From the NCBI RefSeq assembly GCF_001194135.2, contig NC_068987.1, forward strand, positions 76,095,094-76,159,093: a DNA stretch of 64,000 nt. The letters are read 5' to 3'. Under the pieces are notes generated by a model, which was given only the letters and a program-made list of their open reading frames with translations, was not told the DNA's origin and ran no database searches. A program made the position numbers and the translations under genes. Positions 24,701 to 37,565 of this stretch are shown here, piece after piece (within the stretch, counting starts at the first letter, position 1; each line of letters starts with the position of its first letter). The DNA is from Octopus bimaculoides. Lineage: Eukaryota.

Positions 24701-25054
24701 AAAGGATATTAGATATATATAATGAAAAGAGTTGATAGGGGAGAAAAATGAAAGTCTTCCATGTGGTGTTTGTTAATATAGCAGTTCATAGTTCCCTCAA
24801 ACTCTGATCATGCGCAGTTCCAGATAAACGTTGAGAAAGCTCGAAGATTTAACGGTGGAATCATTATGGAGACAAAATACATTCTTGCCGGGCTTATCCT
24901 ATCCTTAACAGACGTAGTAGCAAACAGGCCCCTGTGGGTTCGCTCCTACATGTAAAAGCAGCACTGAAACTTACGTTCTACCGTTCTAAATATAGAAGTA
25001 TTGCACAAAATACGATAAATAAGAGATAACACGGGCACAACCGAGGTGCACCTA

Positions 25055-25100
<46 letters not shown>

Positions 25101-25101
<1 letters not shown>

Positions 25102-25468
25102 CATCTATAGCGTCGGGCTGACCAAAGCTTTGTGAGTGGATTTGGTAGATGGAAACTGAAAGAAGCCCATCGTATATATACATACATACAAACATACATA
25201 CATACATACATACATACATACATACATACATACATACATACATACGTATGCACGTACATCATATATATGTTTGTGTATCTATGTTTGTTACCCTACCATC
25301 GCTTGACAGATTTTGGTGTGTTTACCTCTCCGTAATCTAGCTGTTCGGCAAAAAGACACCGATAGAATAAATACTAAGCTTACAAAGACTAGGTCCTGGA
25401 GTCGATTTGTTCGACTAAAGCTCCAGCATGGCCACAGTCAAATGACTGAAACAAATAAACGAATGAAA

Positions 25469-25470
<2 letters not shown>
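25101..25470 (+). mobile_element. SINE family B with internal (CATA)n
   Basis: Head remnant, (CATA)n at about 25180-25250, complete tail. Confidence 0.85.
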
Positions 25471-25523
<53 letters not shown>

Positions 25524-25614
25524 GTGTAGTATATTGCCACTACACTTTATCGTGCAGTTACTGTTAATACTTCATTTAGAGAATTAACATTGCTTATATA
25601 TATATACATATATA

Positions 25615-25850
25615 TAAATATAAAATACAAAATGGGACAAAAATGCAAAACATCCAGACAGTTAGGTGATACAAAAAAAGGACAACAAAACATCCAGATA
25701 GACGAAATAAAGAAAATAAGGACGAGTCATTTGGAGTTTTCTTTCCTCAGTCGAGTTCCAGATTATCGTTGCAATTTCGGCTGGTTATACTCGAGATTCC
25801 TCCATTCTGGTTAGCCCCAAGGAAAAACTAAGCTAAGAGCATTAGATTCC
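25615..25850. mobile_element. Unclassified TA-adjacent repeat; shares ctaagctaagagcattaga with 28977-28996
   Basis: A 19-bp identical motif occurs at two loci, each next to (TA)n. Confidence 0.35.
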
Positions 25851-26314
25851 TTATATATTTATACATACACACACACACACACACATTTACATCTATTTGC
25901 GTATATGTACGTGTGTCTGTGTATATTCTGATATAGAATGGTGTGTTGAGTTGGGTCCCTTCGTGTCGTAAAGGTTCAATAAATTAATTAGGGGTGGTTG
26001 TAATAAGTGGTTCCCTGTAATAAGCAGTGGAATCGATATGATCAACTAAAAAAAAACATGAGCAGTCTGTTCACCAGCTAGACCGTAGTCCAATGATTCA
26101 AACCAGTAAAAGACTAAAAGATTAAAAGAATATGAGAATATAAGAATACAAGAATAAAAGAATGAAGGTTTGTGCTAATTTCCGGTGTGCAAATAAGTTT
26201 TAGAAGTAATTTAGAAGCAAATAAAAAGTGAACTTGCATTTTTGAACAGACAGAATGAATGAGTGAGAGAGAGAATGAAAGGGGTGGAATGAATAAAGAA
26301 AAATGAAACAATAG

Positions 26315-26360
<46 letters not shown>

Positions 26361-26734
26361 GGTGGTGATGGTGGTGGTGGTGGTGGTGGTGATGGTGATG
26401 GGGCAGCGGCGGTGATTACGACAGCGACGATGATAATGGGGATGAAACACATAATGTTCATGATTTTGTAGTCTGAAATATTACAAGCATGGATGGAGAC
26501 ATGCGTGGGTGTTGGAGATAATGCTGATGGCGAGCGTGACATACGTGCGTACACATGTACATTTATGTACATACATACATACACATACTCACGCACACAC
26601 GCACACACGCACAAACACACACACACACACATACAAACATATAAACATATAAAAACACATTCATATATATACATATAGACACACAAATACATATATATGT
26701 TCATGTATATGTATGTATGTGTTTATATATATCC

Positions 26735-26766
<32 letters not shown>

Positions 26767-27172
26767 NNNNNNNNNNNNNNNNNNNNNNNNNNNNNNNNNN
26801 NNNNNNNNNNNNNNNNNNNNNNNNNNNNNNNNNNNNNNNNNNNNNNNNNNNNNNNNNNNNNNNNNNNNNNNNNNNNNNNNNNNNNNNNNNNNNNNNNNNN
26901 NNNNNNNNNNNNNNNNNNNNNNNNNNNNNNNNNNNNNNNNNNNNNNNNNNNNNNNNNNNNNNNNNNNNNNNNNNNNNNNNNNNNNNNNNNNNNNNNNNNN
27001 NNNNNNNNNNNNNNNNNNNNNNNNNNNNNNNNNNNNNNNNNNNNNNNNNNNNNNNNNNNNNNNNNNNNNNNNNNNNNNNNNNNNNNNNAATATACATAAA
27101 TATTTATAGTTATATATATATGCACATAGTTACACATATATATGTGTATATATATATATATAATACATACAC

Positions 27173-27214
<42 letters not shown>

Positions 27215-27718
27215 TATGTATGTAACATATTTGTAAATGTATACACACGCACACGCATACATTCATGAATATACATAAATATTTATAGTTGTTACTACCC
27301 AGCGAACGAGAAACAACAACAACAACAATAACAAAAAGAGGTTTATAAACGTTTGCGGAAGATGAGTTTTTGCGATAGGTGAAATAAGTGGCTAAGATAA
27401 CACAGCAAAATGGAAACACCTGTGTGGTTTACTATTAATGAGGGCTGTGTAAACGCAAATAACTGTCTGATACAGTGGTCTAGTGTGGCTGTCTGCTCAC
27501 ATGTGTGTATGTCAATGTATGTGCGTGTATGTTTGTGTGTGTGTGTGTGATTGTGTGTGTACATTTGTATGTATAAGACGTCTTGCGTGGGTGTTATGGT
27601 GCGACAATAGTATGGAAGCTATGATAATAATATGGCGGTTAAAACGTGCCACCATAGTTGTCGTACATATTGCTGCAATTAGCAATATTTTTAGGGATTT
27701 TGTTCCCTATTCTTTATA

Positions 27719-27776
<58 letters not shown>

Positions 27777-28218
27777 NNNNNNNNNNTGTAATGTCAGGTT
27801 TGTTGTTGTTGTTGTTGTTTTTCAATTTAGTTACCCCCCTTTTTTTTGTCTGTTCTTACTTATTCTTTTATTTATTTCTGTTTGAAAACACCCGGATATC
27901 TTCTTTTATGTGATGTTGTTAAAGTGAGAGTAGACAGAGGGATGTAAGGAGAAGGACTGAGTAAATATCTGTGCGCGTAGCTATAAAGAAAGAAGAAATA
28001 CTGTTTCAGGACTTGCTGTGTGGTGAAGAAGTCCGTTTCCTGACCACGTGGTTCCAGATACAATCTCACTTCTCAGCACTTTGGATAAACGCGTTTTGTT
28101 TGTTTTTGTTTTGTTCTTTTTTCGTTTTTACTTCAGCCTCGTGACAAAAGCTACGATATATTTACTAAACGGTTACCATTTTATTGTACACATAGACATA
28201 CAGTATATATATATATAA

Positions 28219-28292
<74 letters not shown>

Positions 28293-28339
28293 ATGCATGA
28301 TTATATATGTATCCTTGCTCATCTAGCTCCAGCCTAGAG

Positions 28340-28625
28340 AAGTTGACAGATGACTCTATTCCCTTCCGGTCATTTCAAAATGTAACCGCGTGTGTATCGT
28401 TGGTGATTTTCTTACTCCGTCTTCCTTTCCTTTGGACTTACCTCTATTTCTAAAGAAGTGCAAGGCTCGAAACGTCTTTTTATTCTCACTCTGTTTATGT
28501 TTTGTTGTTTCTTTCTGTTGACGAGCGTAGGCTCTAAACGTAAAGGACTTTTTCCCGAGCGTCAAACTAATGCACTTTCTTGTTCTTCATACACCTGTCT
28601 TCGTCTTTTATTTTTCTATACATTC
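28340..28625 (+). mobile_element. Family H1 element with two tandem hammerhead-like motifs, ending in (TA)n
   Basis: Motifs at 28450-28476 and 28510-28547; the downstream part aligns with the reverse complement of 14690-14830. Confidence 0.55.
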
Positions 28626-28899
28626 CAACTATATATATATATAGGTTGAGCGGTTATAGAAGCAATTAAGGGGTTAAGTAAATTAGGCACATGAAATATA
28701 TTAAACATATTAAGTACATCAAATACAAATAAGTATACATGCAAAACGAAAGAAAGCAAAAGGTGGAAATTCAGATGATGAATGATCAATTCATATGTAT
28801 GAGTATATATATTATATTAATAGATCCAACTTATACAGAGTACAAATGACAGAGAATTTTACTTACTCTGTAAGTTAGACCTATTTATATAAATATACC

Positions 28900-28951
<52 letters not shown>

Positions 28952-29805
28952 CTCAATATGGCTGCTCCAAAAAAGTCTAAGCTAAGAGCATTAGAGTTTT
29001 TGTAAGAAAGCTAGCGACTGTGTGCGATAACAAAGACAAAAGACGGAGAACATGATATATAATTACAAATACAAACAACAAAAATATAACAAAAGGTGTC
29101 TTTCGACTGAAAACGAACCAAATTGAGCTGGCGTGTATAAAGTGAAAGCAGGAACATAGGAGATGGACATAAGAGGTGTTGGCGGTTGGCAATTAGGCCA
29201 AGAAAGAAAGATCATGGCTGACCGAATACTGGTCAAGTGGAAAGAGGAGAGAAGGGTAGGAGGCAGCGGAATTGAACTATTAGAAAAAATCAGAGACAAA
29301 GGGAAAGGAACAGGACAGATAAACGAGGAGAAAAGGTGAGAGTTAAAGAAAGAGAGGGTCAAGAAATGTGAGAGAAGGGAGTGAGAAAAGGAAAAAAGGA
29401 AGAAAGTATGAGGAGGACTAAAAGAGTAAAAGAATCGTACAAAATTTAGATACATACTTACTTTAAGGTGAGCAAAGGTGTACGTACGCCGCTATGTGTA
29501 TATATAAATATAAATAAATGGAATAAAAGCGCAATAGAAGACAATAAAACAACCGGACAGGTAGACGATACAAAGGCGGACAAGAAAAACAACAATTAGA
29601 GGGGAAGGGAAAAAAGGACGGGTCATTTTTATACATATAAATTGATAATTTATCATCTAAAAGTGTCCGCCCATTGCTTTCTCTCGTTTTGTATGTATAC
29701 ATTTACATACAAATTTGTATTTAATGTACTTAATATATTTAATATACTTGATTTGTCCAATTTACTTACCTCCATAACTGCTTGTATATGTGTGTGCGCG
29801 TGTGA

Positions 29806-30124
29806 GTGAAGGTGTGTGGCCTAGTGGTTAGGTTATTCGGTTCACAATCGTAAGATCTCGAGCTGGATTCCCGGCAGTGCGTTTTGCCTTTGTGCATGAC
29901 ACTTTATTTCACGTTGCTCCAGTTCACTCAGCTGGCGAAAATGAGTTGTACCTGTAATTCAAAGGGCCAGCCTTATTACAGTCTGCATCACGCTGAATCT
30001 CCCTGAGAACTAATGTTAAAGGTTCGCGCGTCTATGGAGTGCTCAGCCACACGCACGTTAATTTCACGAGCAAGCTGTTCCGTTGATTGGATCAACTGAA
30101 GCGCTTATCGTCGTAATCAACGGA
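29806..30124 (+). mobile_element. tRNA-headed SINE family C
   Basis: gtgtggcctagtggttagg head, gacactttatttcacgttgctccag core, and a tail shared with 12291-12664. Confidence 0.85.
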
Positions 30125-30229
30125 CACACACACACACGTATATATATATATATGTATATTCATACATACATACATACATACATACGTACATACATACATA
30201 TATATATATATATTTAAATTTTTTTCGTA

Positions 30230-30420
30230 ATGAAATAAAAAACCAAGGCTGTGTAGATTTTAGAACATTTATAAATAGAAGGGCTTACAGCTGTTTCCAG
30301 GATATTTATTATATTCCTTCATCGGAGACGGTTAAGCAATAAGATGGTTAAGCAATAGTTAATTTAGATAAGATACGAAATAGAGAGTGAAGTGGAGGAA
30401 TGAAAATAGATATGAGATAT
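30230..30420 (-). mobile_element. TA-adjacent element (family H2) with a hammerhead-like motif at 30282-30329
   Basis: GUCU-CCGAUGA-AGGAAUAU..AUAUCCU-G-GAAAC-AGCU-GUA|AGCC. Confidence 0.5.
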
Positions 30421-30428
30421 GCAGAGAT

Positions 30429-30472
<44 letters not shown>

Positions 30473-31479
30473 CGTGTGTATGTAAGTGTGTGTTTCCCAG
30501 TCATTGAACTGCAGCCATGTTGAGCACTGCCTTGATGGGTTGAGTCGATCAAATCATCCTCAGTACGTATTGCTTTAAACTATGCTGATCTCTTTTTACT
30601 CGACTTGCTGATGTACTTAAACTTACCGTCACAGGTAGTCAAACACGAACACGCACACACAAATACACACTCACTCATGTATGTATGCATTTGTGTGTGT
30701 GCTAGTGTATGTGTGTGTGTAGTTAGTTATTTAATTAGGAAGGAAGAAAGGTTAAAGCCAGCGTCTTCTAGTTAAGAGGGTTAAAACCAACATCTGTTGC
30801 GTAGGAGTATTACTCACGCAATCCAGTCCTGTTTCCGACTGACATGCATAGTAAGAAATTGTGTCGAAGATTGTCGTACTATCAGAAGAAAGCTGGATAG
30901 GCTTTAGGTCTTTAATGGTCACGGCCTTTATTTCACATGGGCTTAATATAGCTTTTTCAATATCTGTAAGTTATATCATTTTCTTCCCTTTTCAGCTGAC
31001 ACCTATTAAGTAGATCCATGAAGTAAATGTGTCCACATTGTCTATTTTTGAGGCTCCTGTTTTTGTTAAAGATACTGGCGATGATGGTTGTGTTGTTATT
31101 GCTGTTGATAGTGGTGGTGGTGGTGGTGGTGGTACTGGTGGCAGTACTTGATGTTGTTTTAGTGATAGTGACGGAGATATGTGTGTGTATGTGTATGTGT
31201 ATGCATGTATATATGTATGTGTACGTATGTATGTCTCTTTACTTGCTATATCCCCACCGTTTAACAATCTGTGTTAGTTTGTTTACGTCCCTGTACTCTA
31301 GCGGTTCGGCAAAGATATCAATAGAATAAATGCCAAATTTAAAGATAATTACTAGGGTGAACTTTCTCAATCAAACTCTTCAAAGCATTTGAACTTTAAT
31401 TATAATTAGATAATGCAAGGCATTAATGTCCGATGTTCTAAACATTGTGACAAATGAAATAAGTAGCAGGAGATATAAT

Positions 31480-31919
31480 CGTTTCTTTTCTACTCTAGGC
31501 ACAAGGCTCGAAATTTTGGGGGAGGGAGCCATAATTCGATTAGATCGATCACCAGTATGCAGCTGGTACTTAATTTATTGACCCTGAAAGGATGAAAGGC
31601 AAAGTCGACCTCGGCGGAATTTGAACACCGAACGTAAAGACAGACGAAATACCGCTAAGCATTTCGCCCAGCGTGCTAACGTTTCTTATTTCGTTATTGC
31701 CCACAAGGGGCTAAACATAAAGGGGACAATCAAGGACAGACAAAAGGATTAAGTCGATTACATCGAACCAGTACGTAACTGGTACTTAATTTATCGACCC
31801 CGAAAGGATGAAAGGTAAAGTCGACCTCGGCGGAATTTGAACTCAGAACGAAAGGGCAGACGAAATACCGCGAAGCATTTCGCCCGGCATGCTAACGTTT
31901 CTGCCAGCTCAACGCCTTA
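31480..31919 (-). mobile_element. SINE family D, complete dimer with 19-bp TSD (2 mismatches)
   Basis: aagtagcaggagatataat at 31461-31479 versus aagtggcaggaaatataat at 31920-31938. Confidence 0.9.
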
Positions 31920-32426
31920 AAGTGGCAGGAAATATAATGGACAAGGAAAGATAGTTATCTGGCTTTGTTTAAGCATAGTGGAAGCCAAATATATACGAAC
32001 ATAAAGAAATAACAGTGTGGGTGGTTATATCAAAGTATATATATACATATATATACATACATACATACATATATATATATGAGGATATGAATCTTCGTGT
32101 AATGTGTACAATGTCACGTCTGCAGTGAACCATAATTCCTGTCATGTTGTTTCACCTGTCACTGATGCGTGACCATATCCAGGAAAAGCCCCTCTTACTT
32201 TCACTGTAAACATTTACGTCCCTCTGTCGACTCCACTGAACAATAAACTCTCGTTTCTATGTATGCATGTGTGTGTGTACATGCGTACGCGCATTCTTTA
32301 GTCTATATATAGAAATGAAACTATCGTTTCTTCCGTTTGTTTACACAATGTATTTATGAATATATACACAAACATGCAGCAAATATATATTAACGTGTAC
32401 GTGTTCTCCTTGTATGTTTGTGTGTA

Positions 32427-32476
<50 letters not shown>

Positions 32477-32772
32477 NNNNNNNNNNNNNNNNNNNNNNNN
32501 NNNNNNNNNNNNNNNNNNNNNNNNNNNNNNNNNNNNNNNNNNNNNNNNNNNNNNNNNNNNNNNNNNNNNNNNNNNNNNNNNNNNNNNNNNNNNNNNNNNN
32601 NNNNNNNNNNNNNNNNNNNNNNNNNNNNNNNNNNNNNNNNNNNNNNNNNNNNNNNNNNNNNNNNNNNNNNNNNNNNNNNNNNNNNNNNNNNNNNNNNNNN
32701 NNNNNNNNNNNNNNNNNNNNNNNNNNNNNNNNNNNNNNNNNNNNNNNNNNNNNNNNNNNNNNNNNNNNNNNN

Positions 32773-32814
<42 letters not shown>

Positions 32815-32829
32815 TTGTATATATATATA

Positions 32830-33125
32830 AATTCATTCACAAGACTTTGGGCGGCCCGAGGCTATAGTAGAAGGTGCCACGCAGAGAGACTGAACCTGAA
32901 CCGTGTTGTTGGGGAAGCGAACTTCTTACCACACAGCCACTGTTCCCATCTCCTCCTCACAACAGATGCTGGCTTGTTAAAATCGCCGTAACTTAGCGGT
33001 TCACCAAGTAGAAGCAATAAGATAAGTACAAAGCTTTAAAAGAAGTGCTGGGATCGATTCCTTCCACTAAAATTCTTCAAGATGTTGCTTCGGCATGGCC
33101 GCAGTCCAATAACTAAAACAAGTAA
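32830..33125. mobile_element. SINE family B head (-) abutting a family B tail (+)
   Basis: 32835-32940 is the reverse complement of the head; 32941-33125 is the tail in forward orientation. Confidence 0.65.
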
Positions 33126-33910
33126 AGGAGGAAACATAACAGAGACTATTTTCATGTCATCGTGACATGCACAAAATATAGCGTATATAGAGTACCTTTA
33201 AATCTTTTATATTTTAACAATAATAAAATCAAATGACTCCACGTTACTAAGAGCTTCAAATCCCTTTTGGGCATTTAAGCTCGCTACCGTCAGATTTCGT
33301 TGACATTTAAGCACAACGGAAGTTGCCCTAATTTCAACTTGTGATATGAACGTTTAGGGTAAGATAGAAATGTCTATAATTATCGTTTATTATTTTTCTA
33401 ATCTTAACTATAATTGTGCTGAAGAGGAGATTAGGTGTTGATGAGCCCTTAAAGTCAACTCGCAATTAATTATAATGTAAAAGAGAAATGGAAATAAAAT
33501 ATAGCTAAACAATAAATTATTGATGGAACACAGCTTGATAAAAAGAATTAAAAGATAAAAAGCAAAAACAATGCACCAGTTAAGAAAAAGGGAAAGATAT
33601 GAGAAAGAAAATAAAAAGGGAGAGGTCAAAGTTCAAAGCAAATATAAAAAGACAGAATTGCTAAAACCATACCTATGCACAATGCACCGAAATGGCCTTG
33701 ACCATTCAAATGACCATTCAATCAATGGCTAATGAGAGACTATGGTAATCTTGTTGGTATCACTTCCTGTGTGGTTTATCATGCTTAATCTTTCTTCATA
33801 TATATATATCTGTGTGTGTGCGTGCGCGCACGCACGCGTAATTATATATATATATATATATATATACTAAATCATGATAAATCCCAGAAAGGGATGGAAA
33901 CACTAAATAT

Positions 33911-33975
<65 letters not shown>

Positions 33976-34078
33976 AGTCAGTAAATAGTGGGGTTGTGTT
34001 AACCGCACGTGGAGAAATAATAGGAAAATGTAAAAAAGCCAGAATGCTGAACTGGGAGCATAATTTAATGAAGATTTT

Positions 34079-34119
34079 TTCTAACCGGTTTTCATTGCGA
34101 TGAAGCAAATTATCAAGAA
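34079..34119 (-). ncRNA. Minimal type I hammerhead-like ribozyme with U3-A8 core
   Basis: UUC-UUGAUAA-U UUGC uucauc GCAA U-GAA-AACCGGUU-A|GAA; lies on the 3' side of the PLE at 34732-35067. Confidence 0.6.
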
Positions 34120-34731
34120 GGAGAATGAAAATGTTTTTTTACAAAGAAGTACAAAAAAGTACAAAATGAAGAAAATAATATATAAAACAATAATATATAA
34201 AAAAAATAAATATACCCATACNNNNNNNNNNNNNNNNNNNNNNNNNNNNNNNNNNNNNNNNNNNNNNNNNNNNNNNNNNNNNNNNNNNNNNNNNNNNNNN
34301 NNNNNNNNNNNNNNNNNNNNNNNNNNNNNNNNNNNNNNNNNNNNNNNNNNNNNNNNNNNNNNNNNNNNNNNNNNNNNNNNNNNNNNNNNNNNNNNNNNNN
34401 NNNNNNNNNNNNNNNNNNNNNNNNNNNNNNNNNNNNNNNNNNNNNNNNNNNNNNNNNNNNNNNNNNNNNNNNNNNNNNNNNNNNNNNNNNNNNNNNNNNN
34501 NNNNNNNNNNNNNNNNNNNNNNNNNNNNNNNNNNNNNNNNNNNNNNNNNNNNNNNNNNNNNNNNNNNNNNNNNNNNNNNNNNNNNNNNNNNNNNNNNNNN
34601 NNNNNNNNNNNNNNNNNNNNNNNNNNNNNNNNNNNNNNNNNNNNNNNNNNNNNNNNNNNNNNNNNNNNNNNNNNNNNNNNNNNNNNNNNNNNNNNNNNNN
34701 NNNNNNNNNNNNNNNNNNNNNNNNNNNNNNN

Positions 34732-35067
34732 TGTTCCTTATGGACAGCTACTCTTCTACGTAATGGGAGGCTCGTCTGTCCGATATAGAAGTTTTGGCAA
34801 CCTGCGCAAGTAAGGACATAAATGAGGTTACTCTAGGAACAAGAGAAATTGGTTTTAATTTTAAACTTTGTTCCTCGTTTGAAGGTAAATTCAGAGCCTC
34901 TCAACAATATCATTAATACACACAAAGTCCTTAAATGCAAAAGGCAACACAAATCTTTGAAAACATTATTAACCAATTCCAAACTACATACACCACTTCC
35001 ACCCCCATCAGTTAAAAAATGTGCACGCCCTAATTGTGGCACCTGCCCTTACCTACTTGAAGGCTCT
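34732..35067 (-). mobile_element. Penelope-like element with GIY-YIG on the minus strand and an inverted 5' linker segment on the plus strand
   Basis: Minus 34900-34732 reads GSEFTFKRGTKFKIKTNFSCS*SNLIYVLTCAGCQNFYIGQTSLPLRRRVAVHKE. Plus 34900-35067 reads KRQHKSLKTLLTNSKL...VKKCARPNCGTCPYLLEGS. Confidence 0.85.
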
Positions 35068-35071
35068 ACTT

Positions 35072-35595
35072 GAAGCACAGTGCATTTGTCGCTATTATCT
35101 TCACCATACTCGTTTAATACCATCTGACCCAAACAAGTTGATTTTAGTCTCGTCAGAAAAAATAATTTTATTCCCAAACCCCTTACCCATACACACATAG
35201 GTTTCGGTAAAAGAAAGACGACTTGATTTATGCCTTGTAGTGAGGAGAGGTTTCTGACGAGGAATGCGTCCATAAAGATCACACTGGTTCAAACTTCGGC
35301 AAACTGTTTGGACGGATACACTCTTTCCACTAACAAGAAACGCTTCTTGGGCCATCACGCAACGTTGGATGTGGCGAATATCACGTGCAGTTAAAATAGA
35401 AGGACGACCTGGACTATGTTTATTGCTCAGCCGTCCAGTAGCTTTGTACTTCTAAATTACTTGGACAACTCTCTTTATGTTAATATGTATTCATTTGCTA
35501 ATTAACTTGTATCCTAAACCATTCTTATGCAAAATTTAAAATAATTTTCTTCAAATCTTCAAATCTTCAGACAATTCTTTTCCTTTTGGTGCCAT
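35072..35595 (-). pseudogene. Tc1-family transposase remnant (N-terminal half to the first catalytic Asp)
   Basis: MAPKGKELSEDLK, GRPSILTARDIRHI, GRIPRQKPLLTTRHKSSRL, IIFSDETKINLFGSDG, KCTV. Confidence 0.85.
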
Positions 35596-35774
35596 TTTAA
35601 TCACAGAGAAGATTTTCACTTTGGTAAACAAATCAGAATTCCTGCAGATGCAATAGCAATGGCCGGTGCAAAAATTCTAGGAGAAATTTATCAGAATTGA
35701 AATTATTACCAATATCTGAATATAGTAAAAAAAAACAACAAAAAAAACTGGATAGCAGAGACATTTAGGAGCAT

Positions 35775-35990
35775 TGTGGAAAGACTAAATGACAATTTGA
35801 GACAATATGACGAGAAAAGACAGTCCTCGATACGCTACCAACATGCCAAGGACCAACTTGGAGGCAACCGGGGTCAACTTGACATCCGCATTTTTATCCA
35901 AGCACTCAAAGGACCCAACACTCACACAAATACAGGAGTACGTCCTCATAAATGAAACATCCCCAGTACTAAATAGAAAGTATACGTAGT
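35775..35990 (+). mobile_element. Possible PLE GIY-YIG C-terminal fragment
   Basis: SSIRYQH...LDIRIF and, after a frameshift, IQEYVLINETSPVLNRK (E.x.I...P.LN pattern); followed by (TA)n. Confidence 0.35.
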
Positions 35991-37368
35991 AGGTAATCAT
36001 ACCCCCATGCCCACAGTTTATATATATATATATATNNNNNNNNNNNNNNNNNNNNNNNNNNNNNNNNNNNNNNNNNNNNNNNNNNNNNNNNNNNNNNNNN
36101 NNNNNNNNNNNNNNNNNNNNNNNNNNNNNNNNNNNNNNNNNNNNNNNNNNNNNNNNNNNNNNNNNNNNNNNNNNNNNNNNNNNNNNNNNNNNNNNNNNNN
36201 NNNNNNNNNNNNNNNNNNNNNNNNNNNNNNNNNNNNNNNNNNNNNNNNNNNNNNNNNNNNNNNNNNNNNNNNNNNNNNNNNNNNNNNNNNNNNNNNNNNN
36301 NNNNNNNNNNNNNNNNNNNNNNNNNNNNNNNNNNNNNNNNNNNNNNNNNNNNNNNNNNNNNNNNNNNNNNNNNNNNNNNNNNNNNNNNNNNNNNNNNNNN
36401 NNNNCGTGACCAAGGCTGTATGAAGAGAAAGAGTAGCAGAGAGAAAAGGAGGGGAGGAAGTAGAATAAAAGTGAGCAACGAGAGGTAGAGAGAGAGAGAG
36501 ATAGTAGTAGTAACGGTGAGAGGCGAAGGACGAGTAACAAGAGATAGAGAGAGAGGGGGAGAGAGAAGTAGTGACAGGTAGAGGCGAAGAACAGTAGAGG
36601 GAAGAATGAGAGGGGGAGATAGAAATAGAGAGAGTCGCGTTAGAAAAATAGTTAAAAACTTACTGTATAAAGGTAACGCGTGCATTCTGTCGTGATACAA
36701 ACAATATATGAGTATATGCATATATATGTACATATTTAGTAGGCTGTTATGTAGATGGTAATATAAATCTTATATCAAATGGAGTTATGCTTAACTCGTG
36801 ATACAAATTGATTAATGGAGTGAGTGTATTGTATCCTATGTTTGGGATGTGATGTATTAAATAATAATTGGTTATTCTCTGTACTCTTAAATTGATAGAT
36901 GTTCTGCATTATAAGCATGAGATAGACTTTCTACATATATATNNNNNNNNNNNNNNNNNNNNNNNNNNNNNNNNNNNNNNNNNNNNNNNNNNNNNNNNNN
37001 NNNNNNNNNNNNNNNNNNNNNNNNNNNNNNNNNNNNNNNNNNNNNNNNNNNNNNNNNNNNNNNNNNNTATATATATATATATATATATCCATTTATTTGT
37101 GTGTGTGTGCGTGCACAAGCGTTTATAATATCTTATCATCTATAACTTGCTTTGCCTTGGTTGGGCTTTTCCACTTCTTCGAACGTTGCTTAAGTAAATA
37201 TTCTAGTTCGGTTCAGCGGTTGTGTAGCGGATTGTGATTACTTGAATTCGAATATTGAACATGTTTAAGAAAGTTAAAATACCTTGAAATAATTGTTTCT
37301 ACGGTAAGACCATATTTCCAAATTAGAATTACGTTTGACTAAATAAATACGTGTAATATATTTTATGG

Positions 37369-37565
37369 ATTGAGGGCGGCGAGCTGGCAGAAACGTTAGC
37401 ACGCCGGGCGAAATGCTTAGTGGTATTTCGTCTGACGTTACATTCTGAGTTCAAATTTCGTCGACTTTGTCTTTCATAATGTCGGAGTCGATGAGATAAG
37501 AACCAGTTACGCACTGGGGTCGATGTCCCCCATGTGTTTAGCCCCCTGTGGGCAATGAAGAAATA
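37369..37565 (+). mobile_element. SINE family D left arm alone, with 14-bp TSD
   Basis: TSD aatatattttatgg at 37355-37368 and 37566-37579. Confidence 0.85.

Noticed and set aside
25720-25850. Hammerhead in the TA-adjacent repeat
   Set aside because: GAAA and a ccaga/tctgg pairing exist on the minus strand, but there is no CUGANGA-like core.
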